This document shows, piece by piece, positions 24,920 through 37,400 of a DNA stretch of 64,000 nt; the first letter of the stretch is position 1; every line of letters starts with the position of its first letter. The notes below the pieces were generated by a model, which saw only the letters and a program-made list of their open reading frames with translations, had not been told where the DNA came from and made no database searches. This stretch comes from Anaeramoeba ignava BMAN (Eukaryota; Protista; Anaeramoebae), in the NCBI GenBank assembly GCA_028826165.1, contig JAPDFW010000122.1, positions 62,001 through 126,000 of the forward strand. The letters are read 5' to 3'. The position numbers and the translations under genes are program-made.

Positions 24920-27150
24920 TTAAATCAAAATTAAATCAAAATTTAATCAAAATTTAAATCTAAAATTAAATCAAAATTAAATCAAAATTTAAATCTAAAA
25001 TTAAATCAAAATTAAATCAAAATTAAATCAAAATTAAATCAAAATTAAATCAAAATTAAATCAAAATTTAATCAAAATTAAATCAAAATTAAATCAAAAT
25101 TTAATCAAAATTAAATCTAAATTAAATCAAAATTAAATCTAAAATTAAATCTAAATTAAATCAAAATTAAATCTAAATTAAATCAAAATTAAATCAAAAT
25201 TAAATCAAAATTAAATCAAAATTAAATCAAAATTAAATCAAAATTAAATCAAAATTAAATCAAAATTAAATCAAAAATTTAATCAAAATTAAATCTAAAT
25301 TAAATCTAAATTTAAATCAAAATTAAATCTAAATTAAATCAAAATTAAATCAAAATTAAATCTAAATTAAATCAAAATTAAATCAAAATTAAATCTAAAT
25401 TAAATCAAAATTAAATCTAAATTAAATCAAAATTAAATCAAAATTAAATCAAAATTAAATCAAAATTAAATCAAAATTTAAATCAAAATTAAATCAAAAT
25501 TAAATCAAAATTAAATCAAAATTTAAATCTAAATTAAATCAAAATTTAATCAAATTTAATCAAAATTTAATCAAAATTTAAATCAAAATTAAATCAAAAT
25601 TAAATCAAATTAAATTAAAATTAAATCAAAATTAAATCAAAATTAAATTAAATCAAAATTAAATTTAATCAAAATTAAATCAAAATTAAATCAAAATTAA
25701 ATCAAAATTTAAATCAAAATTTAAATCAAAAATTAAATCAAAATTAAATCAAAATTAAATCAAAATTAAATCAAAATTAAATCAAAATTAAATCAAAATT
25801 AAATCAAAATTAAATCAAAATTAAATCAAAATTAAATCAAAATTAAATCAAAATTAAATCAAAATTAAATCAAAATTAAATCAAAATTAAATCAAAATTA
25901 AATCAAAATTAAATCAAAATTAAATCAAAATTTAATCAAAATTAAATCAAAATTAAATCAAAATTAAATCAAAATTAAATCAAAATTAAATCTAAAATTT
26001 AATCAAAATTAAAATTAAATCTAAATTAAATCAAAATTAAATCAAATTTAAATCAAATTTAAATCAAAATTAAATCAAAATTAAATCAAAATTAAATCAA
26101 AATTAAATCAAAATTAAATCAAAATTAAATCAAAATTAAATCAAAAATTAAATCTAAATTAAATCAAAATTAAATCAAAATTAAATCAAAATTAAATCTA
26201 AAATTAAATCAAAATTAAATCTAAAATTAAATCAAAAATTAAATCTAAAATTAAATCAAAATTAAATCAAAATTAAATCAAAATTAAATCAAATTCAAAA
26301 TTAAATCAAAATTAAATCAAAATTAAATCAAAATTAAATCAAAATTAAATCTAAATTAAATCAAAATTAAATCAAAATTAAATCAAAATTAAATCAAAAT
26401 TAAATCAAAATTAAATCAAAAATTTAAATCAAAATTAAATCAAAATTAAATCAAAATTAAATCAAAATTAAATCAAAAATTAAATCAAAAATTAAATCAA
26501 AAATTAAATCAAAATTAAATCAAAATTAAATCAAAATTAAATCAAAATTAAATCAAAATTAAATCAAAATTAAATCAAAATTAAATCAAAATTAAATCAA
26601 AATTAAATCAAAATTAAATCAAAATTAAATCAAAATTAAATCAAAATTAAATCAAAAATTAAATCAAAATTAAATCAAAATTAAATCAAAATTAAATCAA
26701 AATTAAATCAAAATTAAATCAAAATTAAATCAAAATTAAATCAAAATTAAATCAAAATTAAATCAAAATTAAATTAAATCAAAATTAAATCAAAATTAAA
26801 TCAAAATTAAATCAAAATTAAATCAAAATTAAATCTAAAATTAAATCAAAATTAAATCAAAATTAAATCAAAATTAAATCAAAATTAAATCAAAATTAAA
26901 TCAAAATTAAATCAAAATTAAATCAAAATTAAATCAAAATTAAATCAAAATTAAATCAAAATTAAATCAAAATTAAATCAAAATTTAAATCAAAATTAAA
27001 TCTAAAATTAAATCAAAAATTAAATTCAAAATTAAATCAAAATTAAATCAAAATTAAATCAATTTTAAATCAAAATTAAATCAAAATTAAATTAAATTTA
27101 AATCAAAATTAAATCAAAATTAAATCAAAATTAAATCAAAAATTAAATCA
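24920..27150. repeat. Intergenic 11-bp satellite (AAAATTAAATC)n
   Basis: About 2.2 kb of homogeneous tandem 11-mer. Confidence 0.95.
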
Positions 27151-27339
27151 ATTTAAAATTGAAATGATCCTTTTTTTTTTTTGGTTTTTATTAAAAACTG
27201 ATCAAATCATTTTTAATAAAAAAAACAAATCAAATCAAATCCAAAAAAAGGAATTTAAAAAAAAGGAATTTAAAAAAAAGGAATTTAAAAAAAGGAATTT
27301 AAAAAAAAAGGAAATTCATTTTCATTTTCATTTTCATTT

Positions 27340-29013
27340 TCATTCAAATTTACTTGATTCAATGTAATTAATAATATTATTAATTGTGATAATTTGTGGA
27401 CCAATTTTTGTTGCAAAATCAACACCTGAATAACCCCACCAATCCCAACAACTTTTCAATAAAAAAAGAGAAGAAAATTAATTAAATTAATTTTATAAAT
27501 GAATTTAAATTTTAATTTTAAATTTTACGCTTTTGGATTGAGAACATTTGATTGAGTTTGAGGGAAAACAACAACAATATTATTAGCTTCAGCCCATTCA
27601 AGATAACCAGCATTCAAAATAAAAACTTCACCAATATTTTCAGTTGATTGAAGACAACCATGAAAAACAACATGCAATTTACAAGAAGATTTTGAATTAG
27701 CACAATTAGTAGGAACATAAACATAACCTTTAGAATTAATGCCAATAAGTTCTGGGTCGACATGAAGAGGAACAAAATCATGTTGATTAATAGTACGAAT
27801 ATTGTTTGGATTATAAGAAACTTTTGATTTAAGTTTTCCATAAATATTTTGAAGTATTTGACCAGCCATATCATATCCACATTTGTTAATATAAGGTGAA
27901 CCAAGGAACGTGCAGGGGATATTCCCATAGTTTTCTGTAGGGAAACAATGTTCTGCTTCAATGTTAAAGTTTGTTTGGATTGATCTCACTCCGATTTTTT
28001 CATAATATGTTTGCAATTTCTTCATTACTCCTTGAACTACAACTGTGTCATTTAATCCTGAAACTAAAAATACTTTATCGTCTCGTAAATGTGATACTGG
28101 ATCAATGCTTAAAAGTCCTTCAGCATAGTATGTCTCTGCTATTAGTACATCTACAGAAATTAATATTGGATCTGTCATACATGAAGTTAATGCAATATCA
28201 ACATTTGCTTGAGAACTTTTTATAATTTGATTTATAAATTGATTTAGAAATTATTTAGAAATTGATTTAAATATTGATTTATAAATTGATTTAAAAATTG
28301 ATTTAAAAATTTATTTAAAAATTGATTTAAAAATTTATTTGAATATTTATTTAAAAATTAATTTAAAAATTTATTTAAAAATTTATTTAAAAATTGATTT
28401 AAAAATTGATTTAAAAATTGATTTAAAAATTTATTTAAAAATTAATTTAAAAATTTATTTAAATATTTATTTAAAAATTGATTTAAATATTGATTTAAAA
28501 ATTTATTTAAAAATTGATTTAAAAATTTATTTAAAAATTTATTTAAAAATTTATTTAAAAATTTATTTGAAGATTTATTTAAAAATTGATTTAAAAATTG
28601 ATTATAAATTTATTTAAAAATTTATTTAAAATTTGATTTAAAAATTGATTTAGAAATTTATAAAAAATTTATTTGGGAAATTTATTTAGAAATTTATTTA
28701 GAAATTTATTTAAAAATTGATTTAAATATTTATTTAGAAATTTATTTAAAAATTTATTTATAAATTATTATTCATATTCTCAATTAAATTAAATAAAATT
28801 AAATTAAATTAAATTAAATTAAATAAAATACCACCAATAAGGACCACCAGCAATAATACCAGCTCCCATAATTTCAGAAGAATGAGCCACATGGTACTGA
28901 ACAGCAAAATAACCTCCTGAAGATATTCCACTGACCGAAACTGCTGAAGTATTAATATTCAAAGCAATAACAATCCAAAAAAGAAAAAGAAAAAGAAAGA
29001 AATGAATGATCAT
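27340..29013 (-). CDS. Secreted poly(3-hydroxybutyrate) depolymerase-like esterase
   Basis: Exons 29013-28832, 28215-27529, 27451-27340. Signal peptide, lipase box [41 protein letters not shown]. Confidence 0.88.
28216..28831 (-). repeat. Intron with 12-bp satellite (AAAAATTTATTT/AAAAATTGATTT on + strand)
   Basis: GT-AG intron on the minus strand with tandem 12-mers. Confidence 0.85.
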
Positions 29014-29123
29014 TTTAAAAAGAAGAAAAAATTTGAAAGAAAAAAAATAAAAAAAAAATTTGTTTTTTTTGGATTTTATTTTTTTATTTTTTTATTTTTT
29101 TATTTTTTTATTTTTTTAATAAA

Positions 29124-29573
29124 ATGACTTCAGAAGAATTTTATATAAGATATTATGTTGGTCATAAAGGGAAATTTGGTCATGAATTTTTAGAGTTTGA
29201 ACTTCGACCAGATGGAAAATTGCGGTATGTGAACAACAGCAACTACAAAAACTCGAAAAAAATCAAAAAGGAAGCATTTGTAAATGAAATAGTATTAAAT
29301 GAATTTCGACGAATAGTTGATGCAAGTGAAATTATGAAAGAAGATGATTCAACTTGGCCGTTACCTGATAAAGTTGGAAGGCAAGAAATGGAAATTGTTA
29401 TGAATAATGAACATATTTCTTTTACTACTTCTAAAATTGGTTCTTTGCATGATATCCAAGAAACTCGTGATCCTGAAGGTCTTCGTACTTTTTATTATTT
29501 GGTTCAAGACCTTAAAAGTTTAGTTTTTTCTTTGATGGCTTTACATTTTAAAATTAAACCTATTCAAAAATAA
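29124..29573 (+). CDS. MAGOH: Mago nashi, exon junction complex core subunit
   Basis: [37 protein letters not shown]...[15 protein letters not shown]; intronless. Confidence 0.98.
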   Translation: MTSEEFYIRYYVGHKGKFGHEFLEFELRPDGKLRYVNNSNYKNSKKIKKEAFVNEIVLNEFRRIVDASEIMKEDDSTWPLPDKVGRQEMEIVMNNEHISFTTSKIGSLHDIQETRDPEGLRTFYYLVQDLKSLVFSLMALHFKIKPIQK

Positions 29574-29599
29574 ATTTCAAAATCAGATTTTCAACAGAA

Positions 29600-31380
29600 A
29601 TTAAATAATTTTAATATATAATTTTAATAATAAATTTAATAATAAATTAAATAATAAATTTAATAATAATTTTAATAATAATTTTAATAATAATTTTAAT
29701 AATAAATTTAATAATAATTTTAATAATAATTTTAATAATAATTTTAATAATAATTTTAATAATAAATTTAATAATAATTTTAATAATAATTTTAATAATA
29801 ATTTTAATAATAATTTTAATAATAATTTTTAATAATAAATTTTAATAATAATTTTAATAATAAATTTAATAATAATTTTAATAATAATTTTAATAATAAT
29901 TTTAATAATAATTTTAATAATAATTTTAATAATAAATTTAATAATAATTTTAATAATAATTTTAATAATAATTTTAATAATAATTTTAATAATAATTTTA
30001 ATAATAATTTTAATTTTAATAATAATTTTAATAATAATTTTAATAATAATTTTAATAATAATTTTAATAATTTAATAATAATTTTAATAATAATTTTAAT
30101 AATAATTTTAATAATAAATTTTAATAATAATTTTTAATAATAATTTTAATAATAATTTTAATAATAATTTTAATAATAAATTTAATAATAAATTTTAATA
30201 ATAAATTTAATAATAAATTTAATAATAAATTTAATAATAATTTTTTAATAATTTTAATAATAAATTTAATAATAATTTTAATAATAATTTTAATAATAAT
30301 AATTTTAATAATAATTTTAATAATAATTTTATTAATAAATTTAATAATAAATTTAATAATAATTTTAATAATAAATTTAATAATAATTTTAATAATAATT
30401 TTAATAATAATTTTAATAATTATAATAATAATTTTTAATAATAATTTTAATAATAATTTTAATAATAATTTTAATAATAATTTTAATAATAATTTTTAAT
30501 AATAATTATAAATTTAATAATAATTTTAATAATAATTTTAATAATAATTTTAATAATTAATAATAATTTTAATAATAATTTTAATAAATTTTATAATAAT
30601 AATAATAATAATTTTAATAATAATTTTAATAATAAATTTAATAATAATTTTAATAATTATAATAATAAATTTAATAATAATTTTAATAATAATTTTAATA
30701 ATAATAATTTTAATAATAATTTTAATAATAATTTTAATAATAAATTTTAATAATAAATTTAATAATAAATTTTAATAATAATTTTAATAATAATTTTTAA
30801 TAATAATTTTAATAATAAATTTAATAATAAATTTAATAATAAATTTTAATAATAAATTTAATAATAAATTTAATAATAATTTTAATAATAAATTTAATAA
30901 TAATTTTAATAATAAATTTTAATAATAAATTTTAATAATAAATTTAATAATAATTTTAATAATAATTTTAATAATAAATTTAATAATAATAAATTTAATA
31001 ATAATTTTAATAATAATTTTAATAATAATTTTAATAATAATTTAATAATAATTTTAAATAATAATTTTAATAATAATTTTAATAATAATTTTTAATAATA
31101 AATTTAATAATAATTTTAATAATAAATTTAATAATAATTTTAATAATAATTTTAATAATAATTTTAATAATAATTTTAATAATAATTTTAATAATAAAAT
31201 TTTATAAATAATTTTAATAATAATTTTAATAATAATTTTAATAATAATTTTAATAATAATTTTAATAATAATTTTAATAATAATTTTAATAATAATTTTA
31301 ATAATAATTTTAATAATAATTTTAATAATAATTTTAATAATAAATTTAATAATAATTTTAATAATAATTTTAATAATAAA
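29600..31380. repeat. Intergenic 12-bp satellite (AATAATAATTTT)n
   Basis: Tandem A/T-only 12-mer starting just after the Mago stop codon. Confidence 0.95.
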
Positions 31381-31476
31381 TAGAAAAAGATTTTGTTTTA
31401 AAATTTTTGATTTTCAAAATTTATTTTTTCATTTTTTTTCTTTTTAAAATCATTTTTTTTATAATAAGAAAAACAA

Positions 31477-34400
31477 ATGGAACAAAAATGTATTAATAAT
31501 CAAATTTTATCACACTTGGGATATACAACAAGATGGAAAGGAAATGAAATAAAACTTTATATTAATACAGAAGAAATTAAAACAGAAGAAATTAAAACAG
31601 AAGAAATTAAAAAAAAAGGAGTTAAAAAAGATAAATTATTACGCACATTTAAAACACCAGCAGAAGTTAAACAAGTTATTTTTTGTCTTTTTCATCGAAC
31701 GGACATAAATGATTTTACTGAACAAAATATAAACGAAGAAGAAAATAATAAAACAGAAGAAAAATACTCACTTGTTTTAGCAGCTTTATACAAGGGTGGT
31801 TTAACTCTTTATTCTATGTCAGGGAAAATTTTTCATGTTCCTTTACCTTGTTCAATTAGTTCAATTTTTCCACTTCCGATTGGAATAATTTTACAGAGAG
31901 ATTCTTCAAATAGAGTTTATCTTGATAATTCAAGAAATGAAAATGAAAATGAAAATGAAAATCAAAATCAAAATCAAAATCAAAATCAAAATGAAAATCA
32001 AAATCAAAATCAAAATCAAAATCAAAATCAAAATCAAAATGAAAATCAAAATCAAAATCAAAATCAAAATCAAAATCAAAATGAAAATCAAAATCAAAAT
32101 TTAAAAATCAAAATCAAAATCAAAAATCAAAATCAAAATTTAAAAAATGAAGATTTAAAAAATGAAGACTTAAAAAATGAAGACTTAAAAAATGAAAATA
32201 ATTTGGAAGAAAATTTCCCAGTTATGTTCACTTTAATGCATCCTTTAGAAGCTTTAAGACCTGTTGCTTTTTATTCCTTAATTGAAAATAATTTTGATGA
32301 AAATTTATTAATGACTCCAAATCAATCTTCAAAAAAACCACATCAATGGTTCATCACCCCTCAATCACAAGGAGGAATAACAACAAATAATACAACAAAC
32401 ACAAAATTTAGTGGAGAATATGGTATTTTTGGATCAGAAAATCCATTATTAGTAACAGATCCAAAAATCAAAATAATTTTCACATCAACAGATTTCCCAA
32501 TTATTTTAACTTTCCATGAAGAAAATCGACAGCATCGCCTTTGGATGATACGGCGCTCTGCTGCTGTTGAAGAGCAAAGACTCGCTACAACTCCTGTTTT
32601 CTCGCACTCTTCAACAAGAACTTCCCCGTTTCCTTTTTCAAGAAGTGTTCGTTCTCCTTTCACAAGTGGAGTTTTTAGTTCTGCTCAAACAAATATTTTT
32701 AGTTTGAAAATTCTTGAGGATATTGATGAACAATTAAGAGATACTTATTCTGAGATTTTTCTACAGTTAATTTGGGAAGAGAATGAAAATGAAAATGAAA
32801 ATGAAAATATTCAAAAAATTAATCATCCGTTTTCAAAAATATTTATCGGTTCTTCATCTGAAAAAATCCTTTTATACCTATTCTCAAAACAAAATCACCT
32901 TTTGCGTTCTTTATCTATAAATTTCCAAAACTTCACTGCTGAAGAATATTTTACACTCGAGGAAATACAAGATATTGTTCCAATTCAATTGACTCATCCT
33001 GATAATAATTATTATAATTTCAGTATTCACAAGTACAATCAAGACATCAGCTCAAAATTTCTGTATCAAGAAAACAAAGAAGAAAAAAAACAATATGGAA
33101 CGCAATATCTCGATTATTTACACCCAAAAGATATAAGAAATTCCAATGCAAATGGAGGATATTCTGTTTTTGACTTGCCTTTTATTTCACAAAATCAAAG
33201 GGGATATTTATTCAAAACTTTCATTTACGAGTTTCTTGTTCTTAGAGATGGAATGCTTTCTGTTTATTCTGACAACGATAAGCTTTGCGATATTTCTGTG
33301 TTTAGTCTTCTTGATCCAATTTTTATCGCAGATTTTGATGGTCTAAAAGAGAAAAAACAAAAAGAAACATCAGATACTGAATTCGAATCACCATTGACAT
33401 CTTCTCCATTTAAAAGAATGAGAATTTCATCATCTCCACTTTTTCCAAATAACGAAACAAATAAAGAAATTGAAAAAAAAGAAGTAAATTCAGAAAATCA
33501 AAATCAAAATCAAAACACAATAATTGGATTAAAAGATTCTATTGGTGATTCCGTTACATTAACTTTCTCCAACGGATTTACTTTGCGAGTGTCTTTACTC
33601 CCTTTGCGTATTCGTTCTCTTCTTGTTCAATTATGTATTGATGCTCTTGATCTGACTTTATCCAAAAAAATGTCTTTAAAAATCAAATCAATATTTTTTG
33701 CGAGATTGAATACATTTTCGTTTTCAAAAAATAATTCTTTTAGAAATCAATGGGAGATTTTACAGGAAATTATTTTAGAAAGAAAATATTGGGAGGATGA
33801 CAGCAAACAAACAGAAAAACAGAATGAGGAGAAAAAGGAAGAAAAAGAAGATGATTGGGAAAGTTTTTTATCAAGTGATTTCCATCAAGAACAAAAAAAC
33901 ACAGAATGGATTCGAAATTTAAATATTGAAGAAAAAAAACAAGAGACAAAAAAACAAAACGAGAAGGAAAAAGTTGGTTGTTCCACTTTTTCTTCATCAT
34001 CTGAAAGACTTGATGCTCTTTATTCACTTCATCTTGTTTATGAGGAATGCAAACTAGATGTTCTTAAAAAAGAGTTTTGCAATATTTTGGGATCTCTTTT
34101 GGTAAGATTGGCGATTGATTTGGGACAAGAATTGTTTGTGGAATATTATTTGCATGATTTTGGAAGTGGAATTCTTCCCAAAAATGGATTTCAATTTAGT
34201 ATTTTGGAGGAAATGAATGAACAGTATTTATTAACACCACCAAATATTTTTGCATGGATTATGGAGCGAATTTCAGGAGAGGAAAGAGGAAACCCAACGT
34301 TTCTAAACAAGAAATATGGTTATAATAAATCCTATTTGAGGAATTTTTCTGAGAAGGAGAAAATTTTAAAACAACAAAAACAAAAACAAAAACAAAATTT

Positions 34401-37400
34401 AGAAAAAATTGATATGGAAATTGAAGAGAATCAAGACTTGGAAAATAATTTAGCAACAATAAAAACCTTCAGCAGAATTTCGAATGAAAATTTTACAATA
34501 AAAAATATATTCCCAATAATTTCGTGTTGTTTTGCAACAAGAAAACTTTGTTATATATTTGATATTCTTGGGAATTGGGATGATCAAGAAAGATACAACA
34601 CATCAGCATATAAAACAACAAAGAAAATGGAGAAGGATTTAAGAGAGGAAAAGGAATTCAAGGAAGAAAAGGAATTCAAAGAAGAAATGAACACACAATC
34701 AAAATTAAAAGCATTTCAAACACCAAGTATGAAAAATTTGCAGTATAAAAAGGAAGAAAAACAGACAAAACAAAAAACAGAGAGAAACCAAGAATATCAG
34801 CAAACACCGCGAACAGAGAACACGAAATACAGCCAATATCAAGGCTTCCCTGTGATGTCAACACCAACACTACCATTATTATTGCAAATAGAAGCAACAC
34901 CCCAATTCTCGCCAATTCGCAAATTTTCAAACGTAAAAGTGGAAGAAAGAATAGTGCTCACAGCTGCAAAAGAGGGGATCACATGGGAAGACATTGAGGA
35001 AAGACTTCCGTTTGGGATATCGCTTCCAATTCGCGAAGCAATAAGAAAATGCAGCAAAAAGCCGCGCAAAAATTGGCCCGAATCTGCATTACAACTTGTG
35101 CAAAGAAAGGATTTATCTGAACAACGCAAATATTACGAATCCAAAATAACGGAAAAACAGAAATACACTAGTTATGAGAATTATGAGAATTATGAGAACG
35201 AAAAACGGATAAGAAACAGTGATTCATGGGGAAAAGATCACAAAAAGTTTCTCAGTTTGCGCTTTCCAAATGATTTTCGAATCCGCGAAGTAAAACGGAT
35301 TTTAAGTTCAAGAAGAACATTGCCAATATATGAACGGGATGAAACACTGCCCGATGCGCCGAAACTGCGACGCGAACAATTAGATCACCAAGCATTGCGC
35401 GCAGTGGCTCTTCCAACAGCTCGCGGGATGTTTGAGCTTGGATCATATCGACCGTTAATGACAGAAACACTCAAAATCCCTCCTTTAACGCTTGACGGAA
35501 GACTTCTCAGCAAACGGAACGCAATCATCAAATACGATCCAAGTCAATCAAATATCTCCAGTTTGGATTGGCCCGAATTCCACAATGGTGTTGCTGCTGC
35601 GCTTCGATTTATTCCCAATTCCTCAAGTGATTTCGGATCAATTTCTCAAACAATCACGCGAAATTGGCTTGTTTATAATATCACAGACAAGCTAAGTAGT
35701 CAGCACGCCGGACTCGCGTTTGGATTCGGACTTACTGGCTGTCTTGGCGAACTCGCAAAGGTTGATCTCGTTCATCTTCTCCAACAAGGCAACGAGCTCA
35801 TGAACATTGGACTTCTTTTGGGAATGGGTGTTAATAAAATTTCCACTATGGATCAGACAGCTGTCAAAACGTTAACGATCCACATTCCGGCATTTTTACC
35901 CACAAAAAGTTCTCAATTTTCTGTTCCTCCACTTGTGCAAGCTGCCGCTGTTCTTGGGCTTGGTTTTGTTCATCTGGGAACTGCTCATCGCCGCACTGCA
36001 GAGGTGCTTATTGATGAGATTTCAAGGATTGGAGATGATTCCACTTTGGCTTATCGCGAGTGTTATTCACTTTCTGTTGGGATTGCCTTTGGTCTTGTTA
36101 CACTGGCAAAGGGTATACACGCTTTCGGACTTGCTGATATGAAGGCTGGGGAAAAGCTTCTGCGGTACATCACTGGTGGACGCAAATCTGATGAGCAAAT
36201 CAATCAAGAGCAGCACGATGACAGTTTTCATGATCAATTTTCGCAATCAAATCAATCACAACGTGTTTCTCTTATTAAAGAAGGTGAAATGGTTAATTCC
36301 GATGTAACTGCGCCAAGTGCAACTATTGCTCTTGCGCTCATGTTCTTGAGAACTGGCAATCGTGCTGTTGCTTCTCGTCTTCAAATTCCTGATACTTTGT
36401 ATCTTCTTGATTCTTTTCGCCCTGATGTTTTGTTTTTGAGAGTTGTTGCGAGAAATATTATTATGTGGGATGAAATTAAGCCAACAAAAGAATGGATTGA
36501 TGAGCAAATACCCGGAGTATTAGGGAGTATTATTGTTGGGAAATCAAGAAATAATTTAAATTTGAATGAAAATCAAAATCAAAATCAAAATCAAAATCAA
36601 AATCAAAATCAAAAGAAAATTAATTTCAATAATATAAATAACCTCCTAAACTCAACTTTTGGTTACTCCCTTGACATCAACTCTCTTACAATCGCAAAAC
36701 TAGCAATAATAGCAGCTGCAGCTTCAGCAATTGGTCTCAAATACGCAGGAACAATGAACAAAGAAGCTGCAGAATCAATCACAGAACTCATTGAAGAATA
36801 CGAAGAAATCAAGCGCAAAAACACTTCATTTTATACATCATCAACAAGTAATTTTGAGATGTATTTCACAACACTATTAATATCACTAGGAATCATTATG
36901 GCAGGATCAGGCGATCTTAAAACATTTCGTCTTCTAAGAAAATACCACAAAAAAGTGGATTCACAACGGACATATGGAGAACACATGGCAACCCATATGG
37001 CAATTGGATTTCTTTTCCTTGGCGGAGGAAGATATACTCTTTGCAACTCAAATCTTGCTGTTGCTTCTCTTTTATGCTCTCTTTTCCCCATTTTCCCAAG
37101 AACATCCTCAGACAACCGCTACCATCTTCAGGCTCTGCGCCATCTATATGTTCTTGCAGTCCAACCACGATGCATGGAAACGCGAGATGTTGATACTGGA
37201 GCTTTGTGCTCTGTCCCAATTAATATTATTTTCAACGATCCAAAAATTCCATCTTTAGATCTCACAACTCCTTGTATTCTTCCGCAAATTGATTCCATAA
37301 AGAAAATCGAACTTGTTTCTCACATTCATTGGCCTCTTCGGATTAGAATCCGAAACTTTGTTTCTTCCCCTGATACTCTTTCTTTCTCCCAAAGAAACTT

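Noticed and set aside
24920-27150. Telomeric or centromeric repeat
   Set aside because: Internal, flanked by genes, not G-rich, and each array in the window has a different unit; no support from sequence alone.
32100-32130. KIKIKIK stretch inside the APC1 QN repeat
   Set aside because: Local compensating frame slip within an AAAATC repeat; the ORF stays open.
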